The notes: generated by a model from the letters alone, not told the origin. Positions 24,380 through 36,385 are shown, numbered from the whole stretch's first letter. The stretch is 63,923 nt of DNA, filler included, from Octopus bimaculoides (GCF_001194135.2; 4 parts of 4 records of this genome joined end to end with filler, not necessarily neighbours in it); one strand, 5' to 3'. Made by a program: numbers and translations.

Positions 24380-25720
24380 CCCTAGATGCAGGGAGAAGCA
24401 GAAAACAAGTTTGCCTATGTTCAGCGATGTGAGGACCAACAAACTGAAGTATATCAGATCGCAAGACATTATGTGAAAGAAAATTGTGATGTCACAGGAA
24501 ACAAATGTGTCCGTATGAATGATGGTGCACTTGCTTTTAATGATTCTGAAAAGAAAGAGGCTTGGAGAAGCCATTATGAAAGGCTGCTGAATGTGGAGAA
24601 TGAATGAGAAAAGGAGAGCCTGCCAAATGCTGACCCAGTTGAGAGACCAGCTACCCAAATAGATAGCACCCTTGTAGATAAAGCAATTAAGGATATGAAG
24701 TCAAGAAAAGCCCCCAACCCATCAGGAATCACCGCTGAGAAGCTCAAAATATCTGGTAGTGTGAGTCATGCCCAATGACTAGTATAGCAGCACCATAGTC
24801 AACTGCTACAAAGGTAAAGGTGATGCTTTAGATAGAAATAACTACAGGAGTATCAAACTGCTGGATAAGATGATGAAGGTCACGGAAAGGGTCATAGTCC
24901 AACTAATTAGGAAGAGAGTCTGCTAAGATAAGATGCAGTTCGGTTTTGTGCCAGGTAGAAGCACCACTGATGCTATATTCCTAGTACGGCAATTGCAGGA
25001 GAAATACCTAGCCAAAGATAAACCTCTGTACTTGGATTTTGTTGACTTGGAGAAAGCCTTTGACAGGGTCCCCTGATCCCTTATCTGGTGGGCGATGTGG
25101 AAATTGGAGATTGATGAGTGGTTAATAAGAGCTGTACAGGGACGCCGTTAGTAAGGTAAGGGTTAGTAATGAGTATAGCAAAGACTTCTGGGTAGAAGTA
25201 GGGATTCACCAAGGATCAGCCCCCTCTATTCCTCATAGTCCTCCAGGCAATAACAGGAATTTAAGACGGGGGCTCCTCTATGCTGATGACCTTGATCTCA
25301 TAGCGGAATCACTACCAGAACTAGAGAAGAAATTTCAGGTGTGGAAGCAAGGTCTAGAATCAAAGGGCCATCAGAGTCAATGTTGCAAAAACCAAAGTCC
25401 TAGTAAGTAGGAAGGCAAACAGATCACAAACCCCTTCAGGTAGATGGCCCTGCTTGATCTGTAGAAAAGGTGTAGCTAGAAATTCCATAAGATGTACTCA
25501 GTGTAAGCTATGGATGCATAAAAGGTGCAGCAGCATCAAAGGAAGACAGCTTTACTGGGAAGATAGCTTTTTTGTGTGGCAGATGCACAGGTGCAATAAA
25601 CACTGCAGATACTCGGAAAACTGATTCCATTACATGCCAGAGGGAGAAACTAGAAGTAGTTGATAGCTTCCACTACCCAGATGACCAAGTCTGTAGTGGG
25701 GATGGATGCTCAGAGAGCAT
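24380..25720 (+). mobile_element. RTE-clade LINE ORF2 fragment (RT with an embedded PHD-like finger)
   Basis: WRSHYERLLNVEN, KAPNPSGITAE, RNNYRSIKLL, MQFGFVPGRSTTDAIF, FVDLEKAFDRVP, LLYADDL and VNVAKTK, then the Cys/His cluster at 25451-25586 and KLEVVDSFHY. Confidence 0.9.
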
Positions 25721-25967
25721 TCATCATCATCATCATCATCGTTTAACGTCCGCTTTCCATGCTAGCATGGGTTGGACGATTTGACTGAGGACTGGTGAAA
25801 CCGGATGGCAACACCAGGCTCCAATCTAATTTGGCAGAGTTTCTACAGCTGGATGCCCTTCCTAACGCCAACCACTCAGAGAGTGTAGTGGGTGCTTTTA
25901 CGTGTCACCCGCACGAAAACGGCCACGCTCGAAATGGTGTCTTTTATGTGCCACCCACACAAGCCAG
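25721..25967 (-). mobile_element. Young RTE-family 3' end inserted antisense, running into an assembly gap
   Basis: Essentially identical to 39131-39341 over about 210 bp, with a (CAT)n tail on plus. Confidence 0.9.
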
Positions 25968-26067
25968 NNNNNNNNNNNNNNNNNNNNNNNNNNNNNNNNN
26001 NNNNNNNNNNNTTAATTAATTAANNNNNNNNNNNNNNNNNNNNNNNNNNNNNNNNNNNNNNNNNNNN

Positions 26068-27255
26068 CTCCATTTAGAGCACAGTTTAAGCTATCTTTTC
26101 TTGGAAGAAGGTTTATGTTCCTATAACCTGTGTTAATTCTGTAACCCTTTAAAATGGAAGATAAGAAAGTTCATTTTCAGCACTTGATGCTTTTCTTTTT
26201 CCATAAAGGGAAAAATGCCTCATAAGCAGCCGAAGAAATAGACGCAGTTTATGGTGATGTTTTTTTATCCGAAAGAACTGCACAAAAGTGGTTCACAAGG
26301 TTCCGAGCTGGAGATTGTAGCCTTATTGATAAAGAGCAATCAGGCAGACCATCCACTACAGATGATGACCAAATCAAGTCATTAATTGAGAATAACCCAC
26401 ATTGCACAACCTGAGAATTAGCAGAAAGCCTCAACCTATCAAAATCCGTTTTTCATAAGCACCTGGTAAAGCTTGGGTACACAAATCTCTACGATGTTTG
26501 GGTAACACATGAGTTGAGTGAAAAGAACCTTTTCTATCACATTTCCATCTGTGATTCGCTTTATAAACAGAATGAAAACACACCTTTTTCAGAGCAAATT
26601 GTGACAGGTGATGAGAAATGGATTATCTGCCGAAATGTTCAGAGAAAGCGATCCTGGAGTAAGCAACATGAGCCCCCCTTAGCCACGCCAAAATCGGGTC
26701 TTCATCCTAAAAAAGTCTTGCTTTGTGTCTGGTGGGATTGGAAAGGAATTCTGTTCTATGAGCTTCTCCCAAGTAACCAGACAATTAATTCTGAGAAATA
26801 CAGCACACAACTGGACGAGTTAAAAGCAGTAATTCAAGAGAAATGTCCAGAATTGGCCAACAGGAAGGGTGTTGTTTTCCAACATGATAATGCAAGGCCG
26901 CACATTTCTTTGGGAACCAGACAAAAATTGCTGCAGCTTGGCTGGGATGTGTTACCCCACCCTCCATATTCACCGGATATTGCTTCTTCGGATTTCTACT
27001 TATTCAGGTCACTGCAGAATAGTCTTAATGGTAAAAACTTCAATTCCTTACATGACGTAAAAAGATACCTTGATGAATTCCTTGCCATGAAACCACCTCA
27101 GTTCTGTGAAGAGGGTATTTTCAAGTTAAAGGAAAGATGGAGACGCATTGTGCAACAAAATGGTTCATATTTGGCTGATTAAAAATGTAATGGCAAGTAT
27201 TTATTGACCTTTTTCATTCCTTTAAAAATCGGCACGAACTTTCCAGACAACCCAA
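26068..27255 (+). mobile_element. mariner DD34D transposon (mellifera-subfamily-like); left end lies in a gap
   Basis: Right terminus ...ggcacgaactttccagacaacccaa followed by TA (27256-27257); contains a full-length transposase reading frame. Confidence 0.9.
26154..27182 (+). pseudogene. mariner transposase pseudogene, 342 codons, two nonsense codons, no frameshift
   Basis: The ATG at 26154 is in frame with the track ORF. It reads MEDKKVHF...WFTRFRAG...SGRP (HTH), IVTGDEKWI, HDNARPH and HPPYSPDIASSDF, with 34 residues between D2 and D3. The stops are a TAA and a TGA in the N-terminal half. Confidence 0.9.
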
Positions 27256-27260
27256 TATAT

Positions 27261-27311
<51 letters not shown>

Positions 27312-27324
27312 CACACACGCCTAC

Positions 27325-27356
<32 letters not shown>

Positions 27357-27469
27357 GTTTGAAAGTATGCATGTATGTATGTACGTATGCATGTATGTAT
27401 GTATGTATATGTGTGTGTATGTGTGTGTGTATATGAGATGACCAGTAATCACTTGAGATCACAGGCTAT

Positions 27470-27780
27470 TCATTAGGGTGTCCTTCTCCTAGAAGAATGC
27501 TGTGACAACAGCTATGAGTCTCTTATTCCCAGTGGTTTTACTGCATGCCCTGACACCATCCTGTGATACATCCAAGGATACATCTTTGTCCGCATGCTCA
27601 GGTGGATTGTCATCACATACGCTAGTTAACCCATAGCTGGGACCCTAACAGGAGCTGCTACACCGGATCAGAATAAAACTGGGAACAATAATAGCTAAAT
27701 AGTAATTCCACACTCCTTAAAACCCTGGAACTTTTGAACTAGAGCCCCACTCCAAGATGAAGTTTAAAGCCATACTCTGG
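27470..27780 (-). repeat. Family D repeat, second copy
   Basis: Reverse-complement similarity to 14190-14480 (ctagttaacccatagctgggac; gatgaagtttaaagccatac). Confidence 0.65.
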
Positions 27781-27829
27781 ATATACATATATACATACAT
27801 GCATGCATTCATGCATACATGTATTCACA

Positions 27830-28545
27830 CATATTTATGAACAGTAATTCTACATGGTAGTGAAATGTGGGCCCTGAATGCAGAAGACATGTGAAGACTA
27901 AAGAGGAATGAGGCTAGTATTCTCTGCTGGATGTGTAATGTAAGTGTACATGTGCAACAGAGTGTTAATGCATTGAGAGAGAAGTTAGGCATAAGAGGAA
28001 TTAGATGCAGAGTGCAAGAGAGAAGTCTGCACTGGTTTGGTCATGTGATGCAGATGGATGCTGACACCACCATAAAGAAGTGCCAATCTCTCAAAGTGGA
28101 CAGAACTCATGAAAGACAGAGACCTAAGGAAATATGGGACAAAGTACTGAAAGTCAAACTTAGGATGCTGAATTTTTCAGACATGATGACAAAGGTCTGA
28201 GATACCTGGCACCTTGCTGTATTCAAGAAGACCTATCCTTCACAGTAGAAGCGATAAGGCCATGCCCCTGGTGAAGAGGAGTGACTTGCAAGAGTCCTGT
28301 ACCAGTACTATGTAAAAGGTATTTGTACCAGCACCACATAAAAGCACTCATGTTGGTACCATGTTAAAAGCACCCAGCACACATTGTAAAGTGGTTGGTG
28401 TTAGGAAGAGCATCCAGTCATAGAAACCAAGCCAAATCAGACTGGAACCTAGTGCAGCTCTCCAGCTTGTCAGCTCTGGTGAAATTGTCCAACCCATGCC
28501 AGCATGGAAAATGGACATTAAATGATGATGATGATGGTGATGATA
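27830..28545 (+). mobile_element. RTE-clade LINE 3' end (ORF2 C-terminus, UTR, (GAT)n tail)
   Basis: TVILHGSEMWALNAED...QERSLHWFGHVMQM; the tail is gccagcatggaaaatggacattaaatgatgatgatg. Confidence 0.85.
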
Positions 28546-28569
28546 TGTACATACATCCATACATATGAA

Positions 28570-28900
28570 GCATAATGTCATAGCTCAAACATTATACAAT
28601 GTAATCTGCAGAAAGAACAGTCAAAAAGATAAAAGTATAGACAGTTACGGTGATACAGAGTGTATAGTCATAATGTAAAAGAATACTGGTGGAATATTCC
28701 AGAGAAAGCCAAGGTAAATTGTATGCCTAACAGACCAGACATAATGGTCTGGAATGGAGTAATGGATGTTTGCTCAGGAGTGGTGATCAGTTGCGCAGGA
28801 GATAACATTGTACTAAAGGAAAGTGAGAAAGGAAATGGCTATGCTAATCTAATGAGATATCTGTAGATTTTCCAATCAGATTATAACTCTAGAATTATAC
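28570..28900 (+). mobile_element. RLE-type (R4-like) non-LTR retrotransposon, C-terminal endonuclease fragment
   Basis: KHNVIAQTLY (RHD/N motif), then EYWWNIP...NRPDIMVW...VISC...NIVLKESEK...YANL, a PD-(D/E)xK restriction-like endonuclease layout. Confidence 0.6.
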
Positions 28901-30379
28901 ATGTAATTGTTATGGTGTTTGGATAGTTAAAGATGTATAACTAACTGTCTTAACACTTATCTTGAGAAACTGGGCATCACAAAATAAGAAAGGACACAAC
29001 TAATTAGGAAATTACCATTACAAACCAGTAAATAGAACAGTGTAAATATATAACCAACACCATAAGTTTAGTATTATAATATGTGCATATATATATATAT
29101 GACTCCAATACCCTTCATAACCTTTATATATATATATGTATATATACAGTGAATAGACATACAAACATATGTATATGTATGTACACATATGTAAGTCAAA
29201 ACATACAGATTTATTCAAGCAATGATATCCATCCATGCTTGTACACATATGTACATGAGCATACAGATATGTGCATGCAAATATGCACATGCATTCATAG
29301 ATAATGTATAACAAGGCACAAAAATTCTTCAAGACTATATAACGAATTACAAATATTTTTATTCTCTTGACTCTATGAAGCTTATATAAAGCTAACATGA
29401 AAAGAAGTTTCTTTACATTTCTGACAACAGAAGTATAGAAATAGCTCACACTTTCTCTCCTCTTCGTTCCTCTGCCCAACCACCACCACCCATCTACCAT
29501 TGCATTTAATCAAATATTGCATCATATCATTGATATGACCCATGAAGGTATTTATTATTCCATGCCTAAAGATAAGGAAATATTTTCTTTGAAATCTGTT
29601 CACTAGATTATAACAATTCGTATGAGCCTGATGCTATTTCTTGCTGCATCTAGTCTATATTGATCCATTGTACATTTTGACCAATGCAGCCCTCTCTTTC
29701 CTTCTCTTTTTCTTCCTTTCTTTCTGTCTTCCTTCCTTCCTTCCTTTCTCTCTTTCTTTCCTTCTTTTTCCCCCCCTTCCTTTCGTTGTATTAAGCTAGC
29801 TTCCTCACCATCTCTTCAGTACAATTAGTGATAATGCATTTATTTTTGCAGATTGTGCCTCCGTCCCAACTCTCACTACCCATATGTCTCCCACCCCATC
29901 AGTCACCATAACCAAACATAAACCAACACAAGCCATTAAGAGAGTCTCTAAATGGTCACTCAACTTGCTAGTAATAGCAGCTAAATCTCCCTCAAATGAC
30001 TCTGTATTATCTATTTTTAAAAGGGACACACCAGGTGATGTAGTCCAGGGTGCACCATACCTAGAATAATGTAAAGATAAGATAATCATGGTTCAGTGTT
30101 TCTGAGCATAAGTCTGTTCAACCCTGGTCAACTTAGGGTTAAGCAACAACAACAACTTAGACAATGACCAAAATATTAGGTGCCTCAATTTTCATCCTGT
30201 TTATTTGTTTGATTGTTTATTTCATTGTCTGCTTCTAATATTTCTGAAACTACTGAAGTTGAAAATCTTAATTATTATTTTATAAGTGATTATTAAATGC
30301 AATGTTTTAACATGTATATTTTTTAAAAGAATTTTGCTCACCAAATTATACTTTATACATTTATTTGTATATTTGAATG

Positions 30380-30500
30380 GCATTTGGAAGAGCATCCAGC
30401 CATAGAAACCATGCCAAACCGGGCACTGGAGCACAATGCAATTCTCAGATTTGTCAGATCCTGTCAAACCATTTAACCCATGCCAGCACAGAAGATATGC
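30380..30500 (+). repeat. RTE-family 3' UTR fragment
   Basis: ggaagagcatccagccatagaaacc...aacccatgccagc matches 28405-28505. Confidence 0.6.
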
Positions 30501-30501
30501 A

Positions 30502-30680
30502 TTAACACTTTTGCATTCAGACTTCTCTGTTAAACGTAATGCTAATTTATTCACATTATTTTGAATTAATGATGCATTATCTTGTAGCTTTGACATTTTG
30601 ATGATGTGATTGTTTATTCTTAAACTGACACTGTAGAGTAGGTGTGAGAGGCCTGATATGGCCAGTGTGAACTGCTTCAA
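30502..30680. mobile_element. piggyBac-like MITE, partial, opposite orientation to 6906-7114
   Basis: ttaa-cactttgcattcag end; ttattcacatt...gatgtgattgtttatt is the reverse complement of the 6906 copy. Confidence 0.55.
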
Positions 30681-31151
30681 TAAATATACACTGCACTGAG
30701 AATGAGGGAATGTAGCATGGAAGGTTACCTCTTAGAAACAGATTTAGTCATATACCATTAATGATTTCATAGTCAGCACTTACAATACGCTCTCCAATTG
30801 TCAGTACAGCATAATCAGAAGATTAAAGTGTGATGCGTTTACTTATAGTAATAGCCCTTAATATAATTAATATATATATATATAATCACACACAGACATA
30901 CTGACCATCTTCACACTCTCCTGTCCCAGAAAACCACTTTCTCTCTCTCTTTCTACTTCCAGTCACTTCAGCGATGTAACTACACATGTGCTGTTGGTGA
31001 TTTCTTTTCCTTATTTGGACTTTTCCATTTCTCATTTTCAACAAAGATCTATGCTCAAAACATCAAACACTCTCCCTTCACCGAGCATCTAGCTAATACA
31101 TTTCTTATGCACATCCTCATGTTGTCTGTTTTTATTCATTTATTTGAATTG

Positions 31152-31187
<36 letters not shown>

Positions 31188-32029
31188 TGTGTGTGTGTGT
31201 ATGTGTGTATGTGTGTATGTGTGTTAATCCAATCTTATATTCATACAGTATATAGAGGACTACTTTATCTAATGTGTTCAGCATTTTTTAAGTCCATCAT
31301 AGAATATGAGTTGAAAGAAATGTAGTTGTTATTTCTAGCAGGTTGAATGACCACATAAAGGCTTCTTCATTGATTCACCATACATTCAAATATTGGTTGT
31401 ATATGTAGAGAAACATTTGCTTTGTTTGTTTAACTGTTTTTGTTAATAATGAGTCAAACATATCTGATGGCCATATGAAATGATAATGAGTGTACACCAA
31501 ACATGGCTGTTGTTTGCTAGATTATAATTTTTCAGACTATTAATCTTGTCTTTAGAGATGAAAGAGTTTTCAATATTTACACTGTTCCATCAGCTTGATC
31601 TCTGATTGTTGTCAGATATGTTATTCCTGTGAGAATGGATTCACAGTGACAGTTTAACATCCAACTCATTGCAGCCAACTTACTGCAGGGGTCAGAATAT
31701 TTATAATTTTAAATGTTTTTAGAAATAGTAATAAATATAGCAAATAGCTATCTGCAATAGAAGCGGTATTAGATCAAAATAGATATCTGCGTATCATATT
31801 TGATGCAAACACATCATTGAAAGACAAATTTATTGTTATATTTGTCCAGAGATAATAAGGGGTAAATTCTACAGCAAATTTGCCTTTCAGTGATATATTT
31901 ACTTTTTATATATGATACAGAGGTGGTTATTGTAATCTAATACTGCTTCTGTTGCTCATAATGGATACTCACACACACATGCGCATTCACACACATGCAC
32001 ACACACACACACACACACACGTATTTGTA

Positions 32030-32072
<43 letters not shown>

Positions 32073-32235
32073 GTGTGTGTATTTCATAATAATACTCAGA
32101 AGTTAAAACATTAAAATAAGACATATGCTAATACTTTAAAAGAGGAGACAAAACTACTTGATAAATGCCAATATTTAATTTTAAAAAATAATACTGATAA
32201 AAAAAGATACTTAATTTTTCTAACTTTTATAATTA

Positions 32236-33262
32236 CATTGTACAATAAATTTCAGGGTCAAGAAAAAACATAGTTCTTATGTACATTTTATTATGAAGTT
32301 GATTGTGCGAAATTCGAATTTTATAACAAAAATTTCCCATCACATCACATTTTCTTATAAATTATCGACCTAGTAACTATGCAATTTATACCAATTTCCA
32401 CGATGCCATAAATTTATTTTGCTCCCAAAGTCAGATTAAGTATGTCCATTGTAATTAACTCATAAATATATAATGAACTGACATGTTTATTAGCATTATA
32501 TAATGTATTAACCTACATTTTAGTATTTACTTCTTCATTTATAAGATGTCTAGGGTGTGTTATGCTTCAGGTTCCAGCAGAAGTCAGCCAGCATGGCTGG
32601 GCTCCATTTTCCTTTATACCTGTTTTCCATTGATGCTATATCTTGATGGAACCTCTCCATGTTCATCACTCACATCTGCATTCTCTGGGAAGGACAGATT
32701 AGAATGAAGAAAGTGTATCTTCAGTGACATGTTGCATCTGAGATCTTGGTAGCACTTGATTAGGATTTCCACTATACTCTCTCGCCAGGCCACTTGGTGC
32801 TTTCCCAGAAGTCCTTTGCATACATCTTTGAATGCATGCCAGGCTGCTAGCTCAGTTTCATCCATTGTCACCTCGAAGTCCTCATCAGCTATAAGTTGAC
32901 TAATCTGAGGACCTGCAAATATGCCCTCTTTAATCTTGGCATCACTTATTTTAGGGAAGATCACCTTGAGGTACTAGAAACATGGCTTGTTGTGTCGCAG
33001 TGCTTTGGTAAATTGCTTCATTAGGCCTAGTTTTATATATAGTGGTGGCAAAATGATTTTCTCCTTCTTAAGTAGTGGCTCGTGATTTACATTATAGCAT
33101 CCAGGCACCATAGTTTCCTCAGGTGGCCATTCTGAGTGTACATAATGTACTGATCTGGGCCTACTGTCCCACTTGAAAAGGAAGCACATAAACTTGGTCT
33201 ATCCAGTTTATAACCCATTAAGTAGGGCTACTACTTTCAAGTCTGCACAAATTAGACACACA
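32236..33262 (-). mobile_element. Degenerate DDE DNA transposase, CMC superfamily (Chapaev3-like), 3' half with terminus
   Basis: ICADLKVVALL...CFLFKWDSR...LPPLYIKLGLMKQF...KIKEGIFAGPQI...MSLKIHFLHS...SDEHGE-RFHQDI...RYKGKWSPAMLADFCW. The family label comes from motif recall. Confidence 0.6.
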
Positions 33263-33267
33263 CCAAT

Positions 33268-33310
<43 letters not shown>

Positions 33311-33319
33311 TATATATAT

Positions 33320-33477
33320 GACAGGCTTCTTTTAGTTTCCATCTACCAAATCCACTCACAAAGTTTTGGTCATCCCGAGGTTATAGTAGAAGACACTTGC
33401 CCAAGTTGCTATGCAGTAAGACGGAATCCAGTAGTATGTGGCTGGGAAGCAAGCTTCTTACCACACAGCCATGGCAC
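33320..33477 (-). mobile_element. SINE family A, 5' half
   Basis: gacaggcttcttttagtttccatctaccaaatccactcac...gaagacacttgcccaag...accacacagccatg. Confidence 0.75.
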
Positions 33478-33479
33478 AA

Positions 33480-34060
33480 GACCAGCAATTTCGAGGGAGA
33501 AGTTAAGTCAAGTGCATAAACCCCAGAGCTCAACTGGTACTTATTTTATCAACCTCAAAAGGGATGAAAAGTAAAGTCAACCTCAGCAGAATTTGAACTC
33601 AGAACATAAAAGTGGGCAAAATGCTGAATGGCATTTTGTCCTTCTTTATTGCCCACAAGGGGCTAAACATAGAGGAGATGAAGAAGGACAGACAAAGGGA
33701 TTAAGTCGATTACATCTACCCCAGTGCATAACTGGTACTTAATTTATCAACCCCGAAAGGATGAAAGGCAAAGTTGACCTCGGCGGAATTTGAACTTAGA
33801 ACATAAAGACAGACCAAATACCACTAAGCATTTTGCCTGGCGTGCTAATGTTTCTTATTTCTTTATTGCCCACAAGGAGCTAAACATAGAGGGGCCAAAC
33901 AAGGACAGACAATAGGATTAAGTCGATCACATCGACCCCAGTGTGTAACTGGTACTTAATTTATCGACCCCGAAAGGATGAAAGGCAAAGTCGACCTTGG
34001 CAGAATTTGAACTCAGAACGTAACGGCAGACGAAATGCCGCTAAGAATTTCGCCCGGCGT
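33480..34060 (-). mobile_element. Head-to-tail multimer of SINE family B (at least 3 units), continuing into a gap
   Basis: aatttgaact(c/t)agaac occurs at about 33590, 33790 and 34005, each preceded by gatgaaa(g/a)...caaagt(c/t)(a/g)acct and actggtactta. The period is about 200-215 bp. Confidence 0.85.
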
Positions 34061-35219
34061 NNNNNNNNNNNNNNNNNNNNNNNNNNNNNNNNNNNNNNNN
34101 NNNNNNNNNNNNNNNNNNNNNNNNNNNNNNNNNNNNNNNNNNNNNNNNNNNNNNNNNNNNNNNNNNNNNNNNNNNNNNNNNNNNNNNNNNNNNNNNNNNN
34201 NNNNNNNNNNNNNNNNNNNNNNNNNNNNNNNNNNNNNNNNNNNNNNNNNNNNNNNNNNNNNNNNNNNNNNNNNNNNNNNNNNNNNNNNNNNNNNNNNNNN
34301 NNNNNNNNNNNNNNNNNNNNNNNNNNNNNNNNNNNNNNNNNNNNNNNNNNNNNNNNNNNNNNNNNNNNNNNNNNNNNNNNNNNNNNNNNNNNNNNNNNNN
34401 NNNNNNNNNNNNNNNNNNNNNNNNNNNNNNNNNNNNNNNNNNNNNNNNNNNNNNNNNNNNNNNNNNNNNNNNNNNNNNNNNNNNNNNNNNNNNNNNNNNN
34501 NNNNNNNNNNNNNNNNNNNNNNNNNNNNNNNNNNNNNNNNNNNNNNNNNNNNNNNNNNNNNNNNNNNNNNNNNNNNNNNNNNNNNNNNNNNNNNNNNNNN
34601 NNNNNNNNNNNNNNNNNNNNNNNNNNNNNNNNNNNNNNNNNNNNNNNNNNNNNNNNNNNNNNNNNNNNNNNNNNNNNNNNNNNNNNNNNNNNNNNNNNNN
34701 NNNNNNNNNNNNNNNNNNNNNNNNNNNNNNNNNNNNNNNNNNNNNNNNNNNNNNNNNNNNNNNNNNNNNNNNNNNNNNNNNNNNNNNNNNNNNNNNNNNN
34801 NNNNNNNNNNNNNNNNNNNNNNNNNNNNNNNNNNNNNNNNNNNNNNNNNNNNNNNNNNNNNNNNNNNNNNNNNNNNNNNNNNNNNNNNNNNNNNNNNNNN
34901 NNNNNNNNNNNNNNNNNNNNNNNNNNNNNNNNNNNNNNNNNNNNNNNNNNNNNNNNNNNNNNNNNNNNNNNNNNNNNNNNNNNNNNNNNNNNNNNNNNNN
35001 NNNNNNNNNNNNNNNNNATATATATATATATATATACATATGCATATATGCATACATATATGTACATACATATATATGTATATGTATATATGCATATATG
35101 GGTACAGGATGTCACAAAACGTAAACATGAAATACGAAAACAACTTTTGGTATGCAAACAACGAGAGAAGCAAATGGAAAACAAGACAAGTAACATAAAA
35201 AATTACCCTTGCATATATT

Positions 35220-35440
35220 TATGTGTGTGTCTTTGTGTCTGTGTTTGTCCCCACCACCATTGCTTGACAACCGATGTTGGTGTGTTTACGTCCCCTTAAC
35301 ATAGCAGTTCAGCAAAAGAGACTGATAGGATAAGTACAAGGCTTACAAAGAGTAAGTCCTGAGGTCGATTTCTTCAAGTATAAGGCGTTGCTCCAGCGTG
35401 GCTGTACTCAAATGACTGAGACAAGAAAAAGAATAAAAGA
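35220..35440 (+). mobile_element. SINE family A, 3' half
   Basis: ccaccaccattgcttgacaaccgatgttggtgtgtttacgtcccc...aaatgactgagacaagaaaaagaataaaag. Confidence 0.8.
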
Positions 35441-35947
35441 ATACAATAGAAGGAAGACTACACGAGAGAAGACAGAGATGAGTTCAGAGGGAAGGTGAAA
35501 TAGTGTTTAGGGAATGTGAGAATTAAGGAGGACACATGTGGATTAAAGAAGAGAAAGTGGTAGAAGATTTGTTATTGACTTGCAATTGAAAACAATAGAA
35601 AACTAAGCTGCTGAGGCATAGATAAATATATTTATTTATATAAACAGCTTGAAAGCCTAGAGGACATTGGCATAAGGTTTAACAAAAGTGCTCATACATT
35701 AGAATAAACTTCTTCCCAGAAAAGGTTAGTTACATCCTCATAAAAGATTTCATAACATTTTTTTTTTAATAGGCTTTTAAAAAAATCACCTTTACACTTC
35801 AAAAACTGTATTATATATTATATATATATATATCAATAGATGGATAGATAGATAGATAGATAGATAGATAGGTAAATCCACTCATATGTCTATATTTACA
35901 AGTATTCATTTGAATATATATGTACACATACATAAAGATGTGTGTGT

Positions 35948-36009
<62 letters not shown>

Positions 36010-36149
36010 TATGCTGAATACACGGAGTGTTCGTCTGGTATGTTGATTTTTTTGTTTATGTTTATGTGTCTTGACCATACATGTACTGATATATACATAC
36101 ATATATATGTGTGTGTGTGTGTGTGTGTATGTATATATATATATAACTG

Positions 36150-36385
36150 TATAATAAGATATCATAATAATATTTTATTCTCCAATTTGAAGTGACAATT
36201 TGTAAATACAAACAAGTGACTGAAAAATGATGAGCTAACCCCAGCCAGAATCAGACCCACAAATCAACGCTAACATGGCTCCTTGCACATCGAATTGGGT
36301 CAAATGGTCACCCATCAATTTTGGCCAAATTTACTTAATATATACTTAGACTGTCTAATACTACATATAATATTTGTAAACTAAC
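36150..36385 (-). repeat. Single unit of the tRNA-like ~335-bp repeat
   Basis: Collinear with 40245-40475 (ctaaccccagccagaatca...cccacaaatcaa). Confidence 0.8.

Noticed and set aside
26012-26023. TTAATTAATTAA island inside N-runs, repeated at 51146-51157 and 57256-57267
   Set aside because: The same 12-mer is centred in 100-bp gaps (44 N each side) and gives stops in all six frames. It is an assembly spacer, not biology.
33941-35299. Long ORFs of 200-450 aa in the track (also 11398-12286, 51507-52920, 57859-58473, 59426-60070)
   Set aside because: They are open only because they run through N-gaps and microsatellites.
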